Below are positions 53,001 through 64,000 of a stretch of 64,000 bases of DNA, piece by piece. The notes below the pieces were generated by a model. It was not told the DNA's origin and ran no database searches. It saw nothing but the letters and a program-made list of their open reading frames with translations. The DNA lies in NCBI GenBank assembly GCA_043228905.1, contig JBHGNT010000010.1, positions 2,232,001 to 2,296,000 on the forward strand, read 5' to 3'. Each line of letters opens with the position of its first letter. The stretch's first letter is position 1. Position numbers and translations under genes: made by a program. The stretch comes from Azolla caroliniana (taxonomy: Eukaryota; Plantae; Polypodiophyta).

Positions 53001-53807
53001 TCGAAGACAAGCCGGAGCCTGCGAGCGGGAGCGACAATGACGATCAGTTTGGGCCCGGCGGAGAATCGGAGAATGACGAGTGAAGCAGGTTTTCTTCGGT
53101 ATCTACCCGTCTTTGGCGCATGCCGGTGGATGCGCGGTTTGGTGGGGGTGGATGTCGTGAAGAAAACCGGGCATAGGCGGAATCGGAGAAAAAGGCGCAT
53201 GAACCGGCTCTTACATGGATGGGCGCATATTTTGATATTTTGAACATGATTCATAAATGGATTGGCTGATGTAAATACTGAGTAGTACACATTTATTAGG
53301 GGATTGTGTGTATCTCTGCCAGAAGGGACAGGGAATAAAGCGATTTGACTAGGGAGGAAGGGCACCCCCTTTTGGGGAACTACTTAAGGAGAGGAGAGAA
53401 GGGAGAGAAGGGATCGTGCGTTGGCGAGGACGAAGTGCTGCTACAGAACTGAGTATCGGGCTCTCTCTCTCCTCAAATCGTCGTTCTCTGCGGGTGTCGG
53501 GAGTTCGCTACCTCTGCTTCGTGGACAGCCCGTGTGCTTCCAGTAGAGTCTCTCTCCTTCCCCTTCCCCCCCTTTTTGTTTCTTTGAGTCGTGTGGCTGT
53601 CGTCGGTGTCCGTGAGTAGGACCCCATGTCGGGTCCATTACCGGGTTGCCAGTTGTAAGCTATTGACTATAGTAATCAGATTCCTATTTTCCTTGCTCTT
53701 AATCTCTCTCTGTGTACTTGCATCTCTCTCTCTCTCTCTCTCTCTCCTTGGTCCGAGACCCCCGTGGTCCCGCCTCTTTCTACACGCACGCGCGTAACAA
53801 CGCGACA
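47036..53807 (+). mobile_element. Gypsy family A, copy A4 (older subfamily; many stops, RT deletion near 51180)
   Basis: LTRs 47036-47684 and 53153-53807; 4-bp TSD CCGC; PBS 47689-47706; gag-pro 47702-49864; pol 49861-53083. Confidence 0.94.
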
Positions 53808-54378
53808 CCGCGCTACTTCGAGGATGTGCCGATTTTTGCGCTCGGCTACCCCGTTTTGTTGCGGAGTGTGTCAGCAAGTGAATTCTCGCCGATTTCCTTC
53901 CTTTCGGAGGTACACCATGAAGTCGTCCGAGAAGTACTCCTTGCCGCCATCTGATCGAAGACAACGTACATGTCGGCCCGTGGCTTTCTCGACTTCATTC
54001 TTGAAATTTTGGAAGTGTCTGAACACTTCGCTCTTTTTCCGCATCGGGTAGATCCAAGTGTGCCTAGAAAAATCGTCGATGAAGAGCACGTAATATCGGC
54101 ATCCGCCGAATGTAGCCGTCTAATGCGGTCCCCATACGTCGAAATGGACTACGTCGAGTAGACCTTTGCTCACATTCCACTCTTTCGGGAATGGGTGTCG
54201 GTGTTGCTTGCCGAATTGGCACGCTTTGCATACACCTTCAATCTCCGTCTCTTTGAATGTTGGGAGTCCGATGACGACTCCTTTCGATTTCATTGCTTTG
54301 AGCTTTTGGAGATTTATATGGCCAATCCGTTTGTGCCATAACTCTATGTTGGAGTCGGCTTTCGTGCTTTTTGCGAAC

Positions 54379-54766
54379 ATGGTGGATTTCATCTCGTGTG
54401 AATCGAGAATGAACATCCGACCCTCTCTTCTTCCGCGTGCAATGATTCGGCCTTCTTTTTCGATGAAGCACCCTTCTTGGTCGAATCGTACTTGCATCCC
54501 TTGCTCAACCATTTGGTTGACCGAGACCAAATTCTTCGTGATGGTGGGAACATGCAAGACATTTTTAATGTATGGCGGATTTCATCTCATGTGAATCGAG
54601 AATGAACATCCGACCCTCTCTTCTTCCGCGTGCAATGATTTGGCCTTCTATTTCGATGAAGCACCCTTCTTGGTCGAATCGTACTTGCATCCCTTGCTCA
54701 ACCATTTGGTCAACCAAGACCAAATTCTTCGTGATGATGGGAACATGCAAGACATTTTTAATGTAT
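54379..54766. repeat. 193-bp tandem duplication in C2 pol
   Basis: GGATTTCATCTC starts at 54384 and 54577; the translation HVP.ITKNLV...FILDSHEMKS appears twice. Confidence 0.9.
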
Positions 54767-55413
54767 GTTTGCTTACCTCTTTCGCCGAACGGAACACTGC
54801 CGATGTGCCGAATCGGGTGCGTAGTGTCATCTCCGGTTTTGACATAACCGGGTCGCTCCGGCTCTCGAAGTTCGAGAAACCATTCTTTATGGGATGTCAT
54901 ATGGTTTGAAGCTCCAGAGTCAACATAGAGGGCACTAGTTGAGGTAGAGGCCGACATAGAGTTTGCTCTATGTTTCATCATGAACATTCCGCCACAGTCG
55001 GAGTTGCGTGCATACATTCCGCCACGATCTTTGTAGTCGGAGTTGTTCCTGTACATTCCGCTATACTCTTCGTAGTCGGAATTGTGCACGTAATTTGTGA
55101 GTTGTCGGCTTGTGGAAGCCGATTCACGCATCTTCTTTCAGCACTCTTCTTCAGGGTGGCCGAGCTTTCCACAATATCCGCATTCGGTTGCGTTTTGACA
55201 GCTTGGGCCAGAGTGAAAGCTCCCCTTTCTTGCGAAGGTTCCTCGTTGGCCTCCGTTTTGCGGCCGAAATTGGGAGTTGTTGTCGTAGGTCGGACCTCAT
55301 CCGCCTTGTCCTTGGCCGAATCGGCCTCTCGCTCGTCCGTGTCCTCTTTCTCCATTAGAGTGCGTGTAGAGCATGTGGACTTCCGACTCATTGCTCCTTG
55401 TACGCACATGGTT

Positions 55414-55699
55414 TTCTTCGACCAATAGCATTGATTGGAGCTCGAAGAAGGAGGGAGATTTCTCCCGTGCTAGAATGGCGGTTCGCATCGCGCCGAACCG
55501 TGGTGCGAGGCCGCCGAGGCATATTTGCACCATCTCATCATCATCTATACTTATGCTTCTTCGACCAATAGCATTGATTGGAGCTCGAAGAAGGAGGGAG
55601 ATTTCTCCCGTGCTAGAACGGCGGTTCGCATCGTGCCGAACCGTGGTGCGAGGCCGCCGAGGCATATTTGCACCATCTCATCATCATCTATACTTACGC
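55414..55699. repeat. 143-bp tandem duplication in C2 gag
   Basis: TTCTTCGACCAATAGC starts at 55414 and 55557. Confidence 0.9.
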
Positions 55700-58600
55700 T
55701 TATTGAGCTGAGCGAGTCGCAAAGCTCCTTGATCTTCAAGGTGTATGTCGTGATGGACATGTCCCTTTGTTGAATGTTGTTCAACTCTTGGCGGAGTTGA
55801 AGTTTCCTCGCGGTCGTGTTGGCGGCGAAAATCTTTCATAGATTTTCCCATGCCTCCTTCGGTGTCTTGGCTTCGCGAATGTAGCCGAGCATGTGATCGT
55901 GAACACATGTTGCCAAGCAATACATCACACGGCTTGCGGCTTGCTCCCATGTCGCGTATCCAGGAGCCGCTTCGGCGGGTCGGTCTTCATGCGCTCCTTT
56001 GATATAGCTCCAATAGCCTTGTCCGACAAGGTATTGGTGCATCTTGTACTCCCACGATGCGAAGTTGTTTCGATCCAACTTCTCGGTAGGGAGAGCACTC
56101 CCCATTTGAGTATTCATTATGTCGATTCTTCTTCTTCTTCTTCTCTCTTCAAATGCGAGCTATGTAGCGAAGCTACGATAGCGATGAGCCGGTTCTTGGT
56201 CGTCGGCGTGGAGCACAACACACGATCACGATGAGGCGAATGGGCTAGATCGAGCTACCAAATTGCTTTGATACCATGTAAAGAATCAAGAGATGGATTC
56301 TTGTGAAGCGGAATAGGTGTGAATTGTGTGTGTGTGTATAAGAGAGAGAGACAGAGAGACAGAGAGACAGAGAGAGAGAGAGAGAGTATACACAAGATTA
56401 AGTATGTTAACTAAGGAGAAAGACTCACGTCGGTCTGACTCGTGCCTATCTGTGTCGGAATCCGACACCTTCTTCTTCCCTTTCTCTTTGCGCACAAGCC
56501 GTCTCCTCGGCTTCCTGCGTGGGGAATGCACAGCCGAGTCTCCACTACTCACTGGCTCTTCATCGGATTGGTCGTACCGACTCATTCGTTCATTCGGTCC
56601 ACTTAACCGAAACGAAATCGGACTCTCTTCGCGGGTCCCGATTTTCGGCTCATCCGGAGACATCTCGGCCTCGCTGACCTCATCGTCAGAACTCGGATTG
56701 GAGGTGAGGTCCGGAGTTGGGGGCAAGTACCAAGACGCGGACTCATCAAACACAACGTCGCGGCTCACGCGCGCTTGTTTGGTGCGTGGGTTATAGCACT
56801 TATAGCCCTTCTGCTCGTCCGAATAGCCGACCAAGATACACTTCTCGGCTTTCGCGTCCAACTTCCTCCTTTTCTCCTTCGGCACATGCACATATGCAAT
56901 GTTACCGAAAACTCGTAAGTGTCACAAGTTCAGCTTCGTCCCAAAATATTGCTCGTGCGCCGACAATTTGTCTCCGATCCGGTTCTGGATGTATACCGCG
57001 GTCCTTACCGCCTCGGCCCAGTAGAACCTGGGCAAGCTCTTCTCTTCCAGCATTGCCCGTGCCGCTTCCACAACCAACCGATTTTTCCTCTCGGCCACGC
57101 CGTTTTGCTCCGGCGTGTATCTACAACTGAATTCGCGCCGAATTCCCATCTGTTGTAGATAACCTTTGAATTGACCGGAAAAGTATTCTTTTCCGCCATC
57201 CGACCGCAGGCACTTGATCTTTCTTACTGTTTCCGTTTCCACGAACCCTTTGAGGTCCCAGAAACAATCGAAGACTTTGCTTTTCCTCTCAATGAGGTAG
57301 ATCCACACGTGTCGCGTGTAATCGTCAATGAAGGAGACGAAGTATCAGCTCCCGTCAAGACTAACATTTTGTGCCGGCCCCCACACATCGGAGTGTATCA
57401 AGTCGAGCTTGTTCCGGCTCCGGTTACGCTCATTGGGGAATGGAAGTCGGTGTTGCTTCCCAAGCTGGCAGGCTTCACAAATTTGTGCCTTCCGGCCACT
57501 AAATTTGGGCAATCCGAACACCACTTGTTTCGATTGCAGGTCTTGAAGCCGCTGGTAGTTGACGTGGCCTATCTATTTGTGCCATAAGTCGATGTCCGAC
57601 CCTTCGCGAACATTGTGGTGCCACCGTCAGTAGAGTCGAGGATGAACATCCTCTCATCTCTTCACCCTTGCACAATAATACGGCCTTCTTCTTCAATGAA
57701 GCACCCAAGGTGTGTAAACCGAACCTGCATCCCCAGGTCGACGATCTGCCCGACTGACACTAGATTCTTCGTGATGGTCGGGACGTGTAACACGTTCATA
57801 AGTTTCCCTTTCTGCCCGACATGGCTCAAGGGAACTTCACCGACATTCGCGATCGGATGCGGAGTGTCGTCTCCGGTTGCGACTACTCCTAGTTGCGTCG
57901 GTTTCTCAAGGTATGAGAACCACTCCTCGTGGCACGTCATGTGGTTTGACACGCCGGAGTCGACATACCACACCTCCTCCGACTTCGGGGTGATCTTCTT
58001 CATTGAGTTTGTTTGGTGTCTCATCACGAAGACTGACCATTTTTCGGCTTTTCCGGATCCTTCGGCGTAGTGCTATCGCTGCCGGTTTCCTTTGTCGGTA
58101 TGTCCGGAACCAGATCCGGAACCGGTCCTCTCCAACTTGGTGCGCTTTTTCTAGCACTCTCTCTCCATGTGGCCTTTCTTGCCACAGTACCAGCATTCCG
58201 TGGCAGATTTCCCTCGCCGGTTCTCGTCGCCTCGACTCCCCCTGTTTCCAGAGGGTCCAGAATTGCTGTCGGCATCACTTTGGTGCCTTCTTCCTTGATC
58301 CCGTTGGCCGCCTCCATTGCGTACCGACTCGCCTTGTCCGCCAGGACCACGGGGCCTCTCTCCTTCCAAGATGATTATGAAGACATTACAAGGTTTAAAT
58401 TTTTGGTTAAGATGAGAAATCCTTGTAAAAGCTTTAAATTTCCATATTTATACTTCGTTACATTTTACTCACTTACATTTGTGTCTTTTTTTAGAAGTGC
58501 ATAAAGCTTTACTCGTTTACCTTTATATCCGTTTACATTTTTAGGCCTCTCTAGGTTTATCAAATCTCTATAAGGAGCATCTACTAGTCTGAACCTTTAT

Positions 58601-59499
58601 GTTTGGAATGAGATTTCAATCAACTCATCAATAACCTCATGCTTAAGGAAATTATTTTGAGTTAAGCATATGTCTTGCAATGGTACCCATAAATGTAGCT
58701 CAAGGAAAAAATGGTTTGATAAGGAATGATGCACCTTATCACTTTAGATGAAGTCAAAGCTAATGAAAACCATTAGAAGTACCTAAATACATAGAAAATG
58801 CCTATTCAAAGAAAGGGAAGAATATGGAAAGTTAAGTGGTATTTTCTCCATACCCAAGAAAAAGCAAATGCATGTGGAAAATTCCAAAGAAATCTCAAGG
58901 GGAAACATATTGAGAATTACGGTAAATTTACTCTTATTGACATATACAAGCAATCAAATGTTGGAAAGATGATCTACAATGGTTTTATTTCATACATTCA
59001 ATCATTTATTATCAAAGATGTATGCATTGAGATTAAGAAATTGTTCAATTGCAAGATAGGAGATATTCAAATTATCAAGGTCAAAATGTTCAAATGGATA
59101 AGAAAGAATGCACATGTTTGGATGGGAATGAAGATGAAGATGAACGAATGAATGCATGGAACAACTCTTCATACTTTGTCAAATGACATATCTATATCTT
59201 TATATACATCTCTCTTTCTCTCAAAACAAAAATGATGGTCGTGCGGACATGTACAATTTGTACAAGCTTTAAGTATCTTGGTATTGATGTATGTCATGTC
59301 CATGTTTGTGACTATGTACTTGCCACAAATAAATGGAGTGTATGCTTTGAGTCTAGACTTCAAGCTAGTTTGGAGAAACATTTATATGTTGGAAAATAAA
59401 TGCAACAAGAGTGATACTCATGGATGGGAAGTGAAACTAATGGCTCAAAATTTAATGTCATGTTTCCTCCCCCTACTTCTATTCCATAAAGCAAAACTT

Positions 59500-60930
59500 T
59501 TGTTACCATGGCATTAAATAGAAACACAGCTCAAAATAGAAACACCTAATGATTTGCCTATTTTTGTAGTCAAATGTTACATTCCTCATCAAGATTCTAA
59601 CTTTGATGCCTGTTTGGATAAAGATAAACCTTTTGCCAATCTAGAAGATGATATTGATTATTTCAAATCCAAAAAGGAAGTTATTGTCTTTGGTGACATG
59701 AATGCGTGTACAAGAAGTTAATTCACAACAATCTTTCATGCCATATATCTCGGATGCAAGAGGAAATACAAATGTATTGCCGCTCTTCTAGCGATGAAAA
59801 AGATCTGGATCAATTTGGGAAGCTACTCCTACAAATGTGCAATAGTACCAGCATGCTTATTGCAAATGGTGTTTCCTTATGACCCGACACTACTGGGTTT
59901 ACATGTAGAAAACACAGTGGAAATAGTGTGATTGTCTGTGTTACTTTCTAAAGGTATTTTGGATCATATACATAACTTCTTACTTGGTGAATGGACACCG
60001 CAATCCGATCATAAGGCTTTATGTATTGACCTCAAATGTATGCATAGGTTTGATTGTGAGAAGGTCATTAAGGATAATAAACAACCCCACTTGAGCTTGA
60101 ACCTTAAACGAGCGCCCATGTATTCTAAGATGGTTGAGGATATCCTACAAATGACAAAGAAAGTCATTCTCTCATGCACAAACAAATGTTTTACGACTAA
60201 GCACACATCTTGGAAATGTATCAAGAAATGTAGTTCAAAGAAAAAATGGTTTGATAAAGAATGTCATGAAGCTCAAAAGCGCCTTATGATTTTGGATGTA
60301 GTTAAGGAAAAGAAAAGTCTTGATGGTAAAGCTTTACACTATTGCTTCGTAGACTTCAAGAAAGCTTTTGATATGGTACCTTATGAGCATCTTTGGAGGC
60401 AAATGGAAGAACTCGAGGTGCCAATTGAATATATACTTGCAATCTCCTGAATATATGACAAGGTTATATGTTGTGTGTATATGAGTGAATCATAACCTTT
60501 CAGATTTTTTCAATGGCACTATTGGTGTTAAGCAAGGATGCTCACTCTCACCAACTCTATTTGTTCTATGCATTATGAATTGGAAAAAATAGTTGCCAAG
60601 TTTGTAAAGGAAGAAGGTGTTAAAGAAGTTGCAATTGGAAATGTTGTCGTTATGTTTTTTGCTATATACGGATGATGTAATGTTTTATGCAAATACTTTA
60701 AGAGATGTGCAAAAGCTTATGAAGGAATCGGAAAATTTTTGTATGCATACTAAATTACGTGTCAATAGCTCTAAAACAAAGATCGTGCTTGTGAAGAGCC
60801 AAAAAAAGAAGAAGTCATGCATTATGTACAATAATGAGCCATTTAAATGTGAGGAAACTTCAAATATATTGGCCTTGAAGTTCCTTCAAATCATAGATAG
60901 AATGAAAGTGCTACACACTACTTAGAGGCG
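59500..60930 (+). pseudogene. Degenerate non-LTR retrotransposon (LINE) endonuclease-RT
   Basis: APE motifs VIVFGDMNA and SDH; WFDKEC; RT CFVDFKKAFD, GVKQGCSLSPTLF, LYTDD, VNSSKTK; fragmented and AT-rich. Confidence 0.82.
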
Positions 60931-60931
60931 G

Positions 60932-63900
60932 TGTCGTGATGTGGCGTGCTCGAGAGTGGGAAAATCCGGTGAAAGGGGGGGTTAAAATGTGCATGTGCAA
61001 TGTGTGTGCACACAAAAGCAATTAATTGTGCACATGCAAAAGAAAAGGGAAAAGAAAGGGTGGAAAGGATTTATAGAAGCTTGTATAAAAAGTAAGAGAG
61101 AGGAGAATAAAAGGTAGAGTGGAGATAGAATTATATATTATACAAGAGAGAGTTAATGGGCTATTGGATAGATATATTGAGTTTTAACTAGAGGTGCAAG
61201 GGTTCAAATCTAGTCTTACAATATAGTGTGATTGAAGGACTTTTATTCCTTTTGGATTGAAGACAAATTTGGCGACCCCCCTTCTTTTTTTCCTATAAAA
61301 GGAGGTCGAGGGGGGCTCATTTGGGAGGAGGTTTTGGGAGGAGGAGACTATCGCCATTTTTCCTTCGGAGCTCTTCATCTTCTTCTTCACCACTTCTCTT
61401 CATCTCATACCCCTTCATCCCCTCATCACCACGTGCTCATCATCCTCGCGTTGGCACTCGAAGTGCTTGTTTACGGTGTTCGTGAGCCCGAGCTTCGTTG
61501 GTTTGACATTGCTTCGCCCCGTTCGTCATTGCAAGCCCGTGTGCTCACCGTTCGGGTGGTCGTGGTTCGTTGGGGTCGGCATTTTGTGGTGCTCGTGTGT
61601 TCGTGCTCCGTTTTGGATTTGCTCTTGTCTCTAAGGACATTTAGTATTTATGTTTTGTTGAGTTTGTGATTAACTACAAGTTGCCACATTGTAATCAAAC
61701 CCTATATTATAAAGGGCCCTCTTGAGTTGCAATTGAACACGTATTTATTTCTTTAGCTAATATCATCCATGTTTTCTTTTTATCCTTTCTTTCTTTCTTT
61801 GTTCTCGTCCACTTGTACATTCGGCCGCCTTGTCACGAGCGCGTGCCCATGCACCTCTCCTCCTCATAAAGGCGTACGAAAATTCTTGCATGTGTTTGTG
61901 TCTTCCTTGTACGTTCGGCCGTCTTGTGACGAGGGAGCGTTTCGGATGCACCTCTCCTCCTCATAAAGGCGTACGAGCATTTTTGTGTGTGCTTGTGTCT
62001 TCCTTGTACGTTCGTTTGTCTTGTGACTAGGGAACGTTTCGGGCATGCCCATGCACCTCTCCTCCTCATAAAGGCGTACGAGCATTTTGTGCATGTGTTT
62101 GTGTCTTCCTTGTACGTTCATTCGTCTTGTGACGAGGGAGCGTTTCGGGCGTGCCCATGCATCTCTCCTTCTCACAAAGGCGTACGAGCATTTTGTGCGT
62201 GTGTTTGTGTCTTCCTTGTACGTTTGGTCGTCTTGTGACGAGGGAGCGTTTCGAGCGTGCCCATGCACCTCTCCTCCTCATAAAGACGTACGAGCATTTG
62301 TGTGTGTGTTTGTGTATTCCTTGTACGTTCGGTCGTCTTGTGACGAGGGAGCGTTCAGACTTGCCCATGTACCTCTCCTCCTCATAAAGGCGTATGAGCA
62401 TTTGTGCGTGTGTTTTGTGTCTTCCTTGTACGTTCAACGTCTTGGGAAAAGGGAGCATTAGGGCGTGCCCATGCACCTCTCCTCCTCATAAAGACGTACG
62501 GGCATTCGTGTTTGTGTTGTCGTCCCCTTGTGCGTTCATCTTGCGTGATCATCTTAGCTTGTACCTGTTTGATCAGTGGCTCGTGTGGTGATCTCGAAAA
62601 GCCAACTAGTCGTGATCAAAGAAAGCCACTGACCTCACAAAAGGGGCAACGAGCCCTTGCTTGTGAAGGGGTCGGGAAGTAGTATTGTCGTAAAGCAAAC
62701 CTTCGGTCTTCTCTATCCCTTCTGTACTTCCCAGTCCAAGACCCACGTGGTCCCGCCTAAGTAAGACACACACACGCGCGAAACATCGTCACATAAATTG
62801 GTGAACCCAACGTGAAAGGGCGGCAAGGGAGAACCAATATGCGAGGAGGAGAACTCGTTGAAGCGATGGTGGTGGCGGTGGACCGCTTGGTAAATGCCCG
62901 AGAAGGCATCACCGGCCTAGACCGGGCCATAGAGATGGTGGTTAGCACAACGGGTTGGTTCAATGGAAGAGATATCATGAGCTACTTGCATGCCTATAAG
63001 GCCGAAATGCTTATGCGAAACGTTCCTGATGATAGGTGGCTAACCGGATTCGCTAGGGTGGTAACGGCGAGTATCCACGCAGAGGTACTTGAGATCCAAG
63101 AAAATTGTTGCAATTGGGTGGAGTTCGAAGAAAGACTCCTCGAGAAGTATGGCCTTGATGACTCACTTAGAATTTCGAAAAGGGATCTAATGGAGTGGGT
63201 TTAGCTTCCCGGCAAGGGGAGAAATACTATGGCACTTCTACAAGAATTTGAGAAGTGCTTCGCGCTACTCTCAGCTCTCGATAGGATGGTGCTTGACACA
63301 AGCAAGGTCCTACTATTCATAAAAGTTGTTGATCACGAGACCGAGAGAAGGTGGGGCTCCTCCTCGAAACTGATGATGGGCTCACGACGGATTGGGCTAT
63401 GGTAAAGCGGGTTTGTAGTCGCTTCGATAAGAGAAGGGAATGGAACGATGGGTCTCCATTGAGCGGCCAAACATCCACGGGCTCCATTAGTGAGACACAC
63501 GAACCCAAGGGTGGTAGAGCACCTCAAGAAAGAGAGCAAGCAAATGCAAGGTTCGTCCCCGAGAGAAACGTGGTTGAAGCACCATCGGGAGGGTCGTCAA
63601 TAGACGAGCTCACAAAGATGGTGCGAGATCTCCAAATAGCACAAGCTAGGAGAGAGAGTGGCGGCCCTCAAGATCGACGTCCCCCATTCGCGCAAAGATG
63701 TATGTGGTGCGACAATCCCAAGCACCTACGAAGGGAGTGCGCAGACTTACAAGAGGACCTAAGAAGGGATATTGTCTATCTTTGGAACAATAGGGTCTAT
63801 TCGTTGGAGACAAGGCGCCCCTTGGGATTGAATCAAGGCCGAGGGGGCATGAGAAGGCTAATGGAGGCCAAAGCACGACATGTTGAAGTCGTCCACTACT

Positions 63901-64000
63901 CGGCAACGGTTGGGATCCGAGTGGGGAAAGAGGTGAGAAGGCAAGAGGAGAAAGAGTTTGAATTTTGGTCGTCAATCCTTGGAAGCCTCTCTAGGGGAAA
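60932..64000 (+). mobile_element. Gypsy family A, divergent copy A5 (long 5' LTR plus degenerate gag; continues beyond the window)
   Basis: TGTCGTGA at 60932 after GCGG; LTR ends CGTCACA at 62793; PBS 62799-62816; gag GLDRAIE..AEMLMR from 62812. Confidence 0.82.
61810..62535 (+). repeat. About 105-bp tandem repeat, roughly 7 copies, inside the A5 LTR
   Basis: GCCCATG..CTCTCCT recurs at 61845, 62047, 62153, 62259, 62363 and 62467, with a shortened unit near 61947. Confidence 0.92.

Larger units (their letters stand above)
32888..56427 (-). mobile_element. Copia C2, degenerate, nested in C1 and hosting A3 and A4
   Basis: 3' LTR 32888-33300; 5' LTR 56277-56427 truncated; PBS TGGTATCAAAGC 56265-56276; gag EKLDRNNFASW; protease YVDSGASNH; integrase; RNase H TRTKHIEVHYHF. 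Confidence 0.88.
11997..58366 (-). mobile_element. Copia C1, 5'-truncated host of most nested insertions (own pieces 11997-12868, 30328-30674, 31433-32887, 56428-58366)
   Basis: 3' LTR ~11997-12446 (TG...TCAACA) with PPT complement CTCCCCCT; RNase H ARTKHIEVHYHF; RT LYVDD; integrase and protease WYVDSG at 56428-58030; sequence is continuous across the T insertion. Confidence 0.82.

Noticed and set aside
58367-59500. Host gene in the AT-rich stretch
   Set aside because: Only short ORFs without motifs; more likely a decayed LINE 5' region or intergenic DNA
61810-62535. CRISPR-like array
   Set aside because: Units repeat along their whole length with no unique spacers, no cas genes are present, and the context is eukaryotic; the same applies to 30751-30978

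Overview
Eukaryotic (land-plant-like) heterochromatic DNA made almost entirely of nested LTR retrotransposons; no host gene or RNA gene is evident. An old Copia element (B, +) hosts a young Copia (D, 3376-8729) and a second Copia (C1, about 11997-58366, -). C1 contains a non-chromovirus Ty3/Gypsy element (T, 12869-30327, +) with a 1,032-codon extra ORF, a probable solo LTR, and a further Copia (C2, 32888-56427, -). Five copies (A1-A5) of an unusual Gypsy family are present; one (A2) looks fully intact and one (A3) contains another young AT-rich Copia (E). A degenerate LINE lies near the end. Main results: family A makes 4-bp target duplications always centred on CpG, has a tRNA-Trp primer site, a D-H-G protease motif and a likely -1 frameshift between protease and RT with a covarying hairpin. 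Element T has a tRNA-sense copy of its primer site where the polypurine tract should be, plus a large accessory gene with its own promoter/intron-like leader. All coordinates, TSDs and LTR mismatch counts were read by eye; clade names and tRNA identities come from recalled motifs, not from a search.
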